Below, in pieces: positions 18,383 through 21,685 of a DNA stretch of 21,685 bases; the first letter of the stretch is position 1, and each line of letters begins with the position of its first letter. The position numbers and the translations under genes are program-made. Below the pieces are notes generated by a model. It saw only the letters and a list, made by a program, of their open reading frames with translations, did no database searches and was not told the DNA's origin. This DNA is from Cyanophyceae cyanobacterium (GTDB lineage: Bacteria > Cyanobacteriota > Cyanobacteriia > Cyanobacteriales > Laspinemataceae): NCBI GenBank assembly GCA_038321985.1, contig JBBQFN010000055.1, forward strand, positions 1-21,685. The letters are read 5' to 3'.

Positions 18383-18422
18383 AAGTAAAAATGTAGCTGC
18401 CTTTTATAACAGGTTTTAAGAC

Positions 18423-18839
18423 TTAATCAACTTTCATAATTTGAGGGACTTGCAATCCCTCTATTCCACCCCCTAGGCGATCGCCCGCAAATAACTGTTG
18501 AGCGAATTCTGCCACATTTTCCGGTCCTGAGCGCTGCAAATTTAGTAAAATTTCTTGACTTTCAGTAATTAACTTTTCTACGTTTATGTTATAGTATCCA
18601 GGAGAATAATACCCTAGCCGATTAATCCCTTCTCCCAATAAAATAGCCGCCCCTTGCCAGTTTTGATTTCCAAGATGATAAAGCCCCACCGCAAGCTGTA
18701 GCACTCCTTGATAAAACTTCTTTTCTGGTTCTGCCCCATCCATCCATAATGCTTCTAATGTATCGTGGCAGGCATAAAAATCTTGAGCATTAAACTGGTC
18801 TACAGCTTGCCAAAACTCTTCGGGAATCACATTCGCCAT
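18423..18839 (-). CDS. DUF309 family protein
   Basis: FN...FYACHDTLEALW, FYQGVLQLAVGLYHL.N.N..GA.ILLGEG. Confidence 0.9.
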   Translation of the reverse strand: MANVIPEEFWQAVDQFNAQDFYACHDTLEALWMDGAEPEKKFYQGVLQLAVGLYHLGNQNWQGAAILLGEGINRLGYYSPGYYNINVEKLITESQEILLNLQRSGPENVAEFAQQLFAGDRLGGGIEGLQVPQIMKVD

Positions 18840-18906
18840 AGTATTTAATTCGATAACTTCAACAAATTCCAGAAAGGCTCTTTGTAAGGTGAGCGCCTCG
18901 TGTCAT

Positions 18907-18915
18907 ATTTTACCA
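18907..18915 (-). promoter_or_regulatory. Candidate extended -10 promoter (TGGTAAAAT) for the DUF309 gene
   Basis: TGnTAAAAT on the minus strand about 70 bp upstream of the ATG. Confidence 0.45.
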
Positions 18916-19146
18916 CATTCGCGACCCTGCCCCTTCAGGCAAGTAGTAAATTAATCCCTTTTCTCTCTAAAAATTGGACCCGTCCTTAACCTAATTTAAA
19001 TTTGCGCTCCAACCTAAGCCAATCGGTAGGGCCTAATCTTTTAATCAGGATGGCTAATCTCTTAGCAAAAAAGTGAATCGCCCTTTGAAAGAAGCACTCT
19101 GGGTCTCAAAAAAGAGAAAAAAAAACTGAATTAGAGGATAAAAAAT

Positions 19147-19287
19147 GTGAAAGCAATTGAAATAACCACAGTCAGGACAATCAAGGTCAACTTAACTTTA
19201 AAACTCCCATCAAATATTCAAGCCGGACAATATCTAGCTGTAGTCCAGATCGAGGGGAAAGCCCTTACCAAATACGCCAAAGTCTGA
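19147..19287 (+). CDS. Small 46-aa ORF absent from the ORF track; possibly a degenerate remnant
   Basis: GAGGA RBS, GTG start, MKAIEITTVRTIKVNLTLKLPSNIQAGQYLAVVQIEGKALTKYAKV*. Confidence 0.5.
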   Translation: MKAIEITTVRTIKVNLTLKLPSNIQAGQYLAVVQIEGKALTKYAKV

Positions 19288-19863
19288 ATAAAAACGACAG
19301 ATTGAGCGAAACTTCCATCACCAAGGGGGCGATCGCCCTATTGCCTGGTATGAAGTCAGCCAATTTTTAAGTCCGTAACCGTTAAATCCCTGGAAACAGA
19401 GCAGAACCGCTTTCTCACTGGACAGTACCGCTTAGGGCGCAGTAGATTGGGGTATAGGGATCGAGGTTGACCCCATACGGGAAAAAATACCTCGATTCCG
19501 AATACTTCTATTTTCAAAGCGGCTGGTTTCACTTTTTGCCGGGTAAGCCCTTCTACTTCCAGTTAGGGGAATACTGCGTAGGGATTGCAGATTTTTGGAT
19601 CCGAGGGCATCGAGACCTGGGTACGAGGGAGAGGCCAAGAATTTTTGGAATAAAACTTATTACGATCTGCCATTTCGTAAGGGTACAATAAAAATATGAA
19701 TAATTTATTAATTTTCCCGGCAGTCATCGATTGATGGCTTGAGGCAGCATAGGTCGGAGCGTTAATTTTTTATATTATTCGGCTGATTGTAGCCAATCCT
19801 AAACCACTTCCCCACTACAAAAAAGTTGAGAGAGCCGAGCTTGTCACAAAAATCGCGGGAGCA

Positions 19864-20778
19864 ATGAATCAGATGAACGTTAGCGAACTATTGGAACGGT
19901 ATGAAACGGGTCAGAGGGATTTTTCTGGGGTGGATCTGAGTGGAGCCGATCTCAGCCGCTCTAACTTACCTGGGATAAATCTCAGCCATGCAGTGCTTCG
20001 GGGGACGAATTTAAGTCGGGCGAACCTGACGAAAGCGGACTTGAGTAAGGCCGCGTTGCAATGGGCGAACCTGAGCTATGCGAAAATGGAAAACGTTAAG
20101 TTGATGGATGCGGACCTGACTAAAGCGGCCATCTCAGGTGCGGTCTTAGTCAAAGCCAAATTACCTAGAGCTAAACTGAGCGGGGCCAACCTCAATAGCA
20201 CGAACCTCAGAAGTGCCAACCTGCGGAGCGCCAATTTGAGTGGGGCAAATATGGAGTGGGTGAATCTGCGTGCTGCTAATCTGACGGGTGCAAACCTAAG
20301 TTGGGCGATCCTTAATTCTGCCCGACTCAGCGGTGCAATGCTTTATGGAGCTAATTTAAACGGGATTACCCTCGAAGGGGCGTATTTAAATGGGGTTGAC
20401 CTTAACGGTGTAAATTTAAACGGCATCAATCTTAAGGAAGCTAAACTCAGCAACTCTAATCTAGAGGGCGCAAACCTGATTGCTGCCAATCTGGCCTACT
20501 CTATGATGCGATCGGCGAGTTTAATGGGGGCAGACCTCAGTGGAGCTAATTTAACGGGAGCTTCTCTGCAAAAAGCCAACTTAAATTGGGCCTCTTTGAA
20601 TCGAGCCGAGTTAGTGGAAGCAGACCTTAGTAATGCCACCTTGGTAGGAACTAATGTTGAGGGTGCGAATTTTGCCGATGCGGTTTTACCAGAACTGACC
20701 CGGCGATACTTTTATTTAACGACGGGGGGTAGCTCAGGCGGTGAACAAGAGCGAGTGGTTAGTGCACCGATGAGTTAA
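19864..20778 (+). CDS. Pentapeptide repeat protein
   Basis: ELLERYETGQRDF N-cap followed by roughly 50 A(D/N)Lxx repeats. Confidence 0.96.
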   Translation: MNQMNVSELLERYETGQRDFSGVDLSGADLSRSNLPGINLSHAVLRGTNLSRANLTKADLSKAALQWANLSYAKMENVKLMDADLTKAAISGAVLVKAKLPRAKLSGANLNSTNLRSANLRSANLSGANMEWVNLRAANLTGANLSWAILNSARLSGAMLYGANLNGITLEGAYLNGVDLNGVNLNGINLKEAKLSNSNLEGANLIAANLAYSMMRSASLMGADLSGANLTGASLQKANLNWASLNRAELVEADLSNATLVGTNVEGANFADAVLPELTRRYFYLTTGGSSGGEQERVVSAPMS

Positions 20779-20826
20779 AGCAGGGGTTAGGCGCTCTTCG
20801 GTTAAAAAGGGCCGTAAAACTTACAA

Positions 20827-20874
20827 AAATGGAGAATCCTGAAGGGCTTAAGGGTGGGTTCTCCATTTATTTTT
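20827..20874 (+). terminator. Probable (possibly bidirectional) intrinsic terminator
   Basis: AAATGGAGAATCC / GGGTTCTCCATTT stem with A run before and T run after, about 50 bp past the stop codon. Confidence 0.6.
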
Positions 20875-21089
20875 GGTTCGGACCCTCTTTATCATAGATT
20901 TTGGAGGGTTCTCCCGGTCACCGGAGGCGATCGCAAAAATTAGGGGAGTTGACACTATATCTAGATTTTTTTATAGAGATACCTCTACTAATAGCGTAAT
21001 TTAAACTCAAACAGACCTGACAATTGTCTTAAGTTTTGGTTTAATTGTAACGAAATATTACAATAATGCTGTTAAAGCGGTTTAGCATC

Positions 21090-21118
21090 TTGACAGTCTG
21101 AAAAAGAATCGTTAATAT
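21090..21118 (+). promoter_or_regulatory. Sigma70-type promoter of the RHH-ycf46 operon
   Basis: TTGACA (21090-21095), 17-bp spacer, TAATAT (21113-21118), 35 bp upstream of the ATG. Confidence 0.75.
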
Positions 21119-21153
21119 AGTTCACATACCCGGGTAAATCAATTCAGCGTCCT

Positions 21154-21501
21154 ATGCAAGACAAGCAAAAGGTTACATTGTATCTGCCACCAGAACTGCA
21201 TCGACAGCTCAAGATTAGAGCCGCAGTAGACTCCGAGCCAATGTCAACCATTGCCGAACGAGCCATAGATTTCTACCTGACTCATCCCGGCGTGGTAGAC
21301 GAAATAGAGTCTTTCCACGGGCGCACCCATAGGGTCTATAACTGTCCCGACTGCACCAGCTCAATCGTGATGCGCGATGGAGAAATGGTCTCTTTGAAAA
21401 ACCAGCCAAGTGTGTTGGTTGAAGAAGGGTTAAATGTTGAGAAAGTGCCAGCCACGGCGAACACTGATCAGCAAGGTGAGGAACAACTCGTTCCCTGCTA
21501 A
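21154..21501 (+). CDS. Ribbon-helix-helix (CopG-like) protein with CxxC motif; Slr0373-like, first gene of the ycf46 operon
   Basis: KQKVTLYLPPELHRQLKIRAAVDSEPMSTIAERAIDFYL RHH pattern; HRVYNCPDC; directly upstream of ycf46. Confidence 0.82.
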   Translation: MQDKQKVTLYLPPELHRQLKIRAAVDSEPMSTIAERAIDFYLTHPGVVDEIESFHGRTHRVYNCPDCTSSIVMRDGEMVSLKNQPSVLVEEGLNVEKVPATANTDQQGEEQLVPC

Positions 21502-21606
21502 ACCAAGCCACTTCCATGGGGAAGTAAATTACTGCTCCGTATGGAAACCCAGGGGCAATAAAGATCTAGCAATATTGTTGGCACCGTTTGTAGAAGGTCG
21601 ATGGTC

Positions 21607-21685
21607 ATGAAAGAAGAGCTCAATATCTTAATCCAAGCTCAATATCCTTTAATCTACCTCGTGACCTCCGAGGAAGAACGGGCCG
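21607..21685 (+). CDS. ycf46: Ycf46-family AAA+ ATPase, N-terminal fragment (runs off window)
   Basis: MKEELNILIQAQYPLIYLVTSEEERA is the characteristic Ycf46/Slr0374 N-terminus; not in the ORF track. Confidence 0.85.
   Translation, partial: MKEELNILIQAQYPLIYLVTSEEERA

Larger units (their letters stand above)
743..20934. repeat. HIP1 (GCGATCGC) dispersed throughout the window
   Basis: About 30 copies counted by eye, e.g. 743, 764, 888, 1904, 2078, 3072, 4023, 8044, 10325, 12691, 15293, 17294, 20927. Confidence 0.95.

Noticed and set aside
18986..19004. SphR pho box (CTTAACCT)
   Set aside because: Only one good half-site; flanking units do not match at the 11-bp period
19432..19691. ORFs 19432-19638(-) and 19467-19691(+)
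   Set aside because: TTG starts, mutually overlapping, no recognisable motifs; the region more likely holds the pentapeptide gene promoter (TACAAT at 19684)
21047..21061. NtcA box
   Set aside because: Spacing is GTA-N9-TAC rather than the required GTA-N8-TAC
63..21517. Remaining antisense or alternate-frame ORFs nested in well-supported genes (e.g. 63-356, 6461-6844, 10435-10800, 13011-13445, 21215-21517)
   Set aside because: Shadow ORFs explained by the coding constraints of the opposite or overlapping gene

Overview
Chromosomal window from a cyanobacterium (about 30 copies of HIP1, GCGATCGC, by eye; the dispersed palindromic repeats suggest a filamentous Oscillatoriales-type genome). It is mostly conserved housekeeping and envelope content: a receiver-domain response regulator, an RfaE/HldA-type PfkB kinase, a PmgA-like anti-sigma ATPase, two small conserved hypotheticals, asnS, a Pro-rich membrane-anchored protein, lptA-lptB-lptF/G, DUF309, a pentapeptide-repeat protein, and the start of an RHH-ycf46 operon. 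Between lptA and DUF309 lies a ~7.5 kb block that looks accessory: an RTX/Calx-beta/beta-propeller exoprotein, a small membrane protein, an OmpR-family two-component pair, and a fusion of a degenerate peroxiredoxin domain to a 2OG-Fe(II) oxygenase. The fusion gene is preceded by a PhoB/OmpR-type TGTCA direct repeat and a strong hairpin; this is the best candidate for an uncharacterised system, but the functional linkage is inference. I found no rRNA, tRNA, CRISPR array or transposase. All calls come from motif recognition without database searches.
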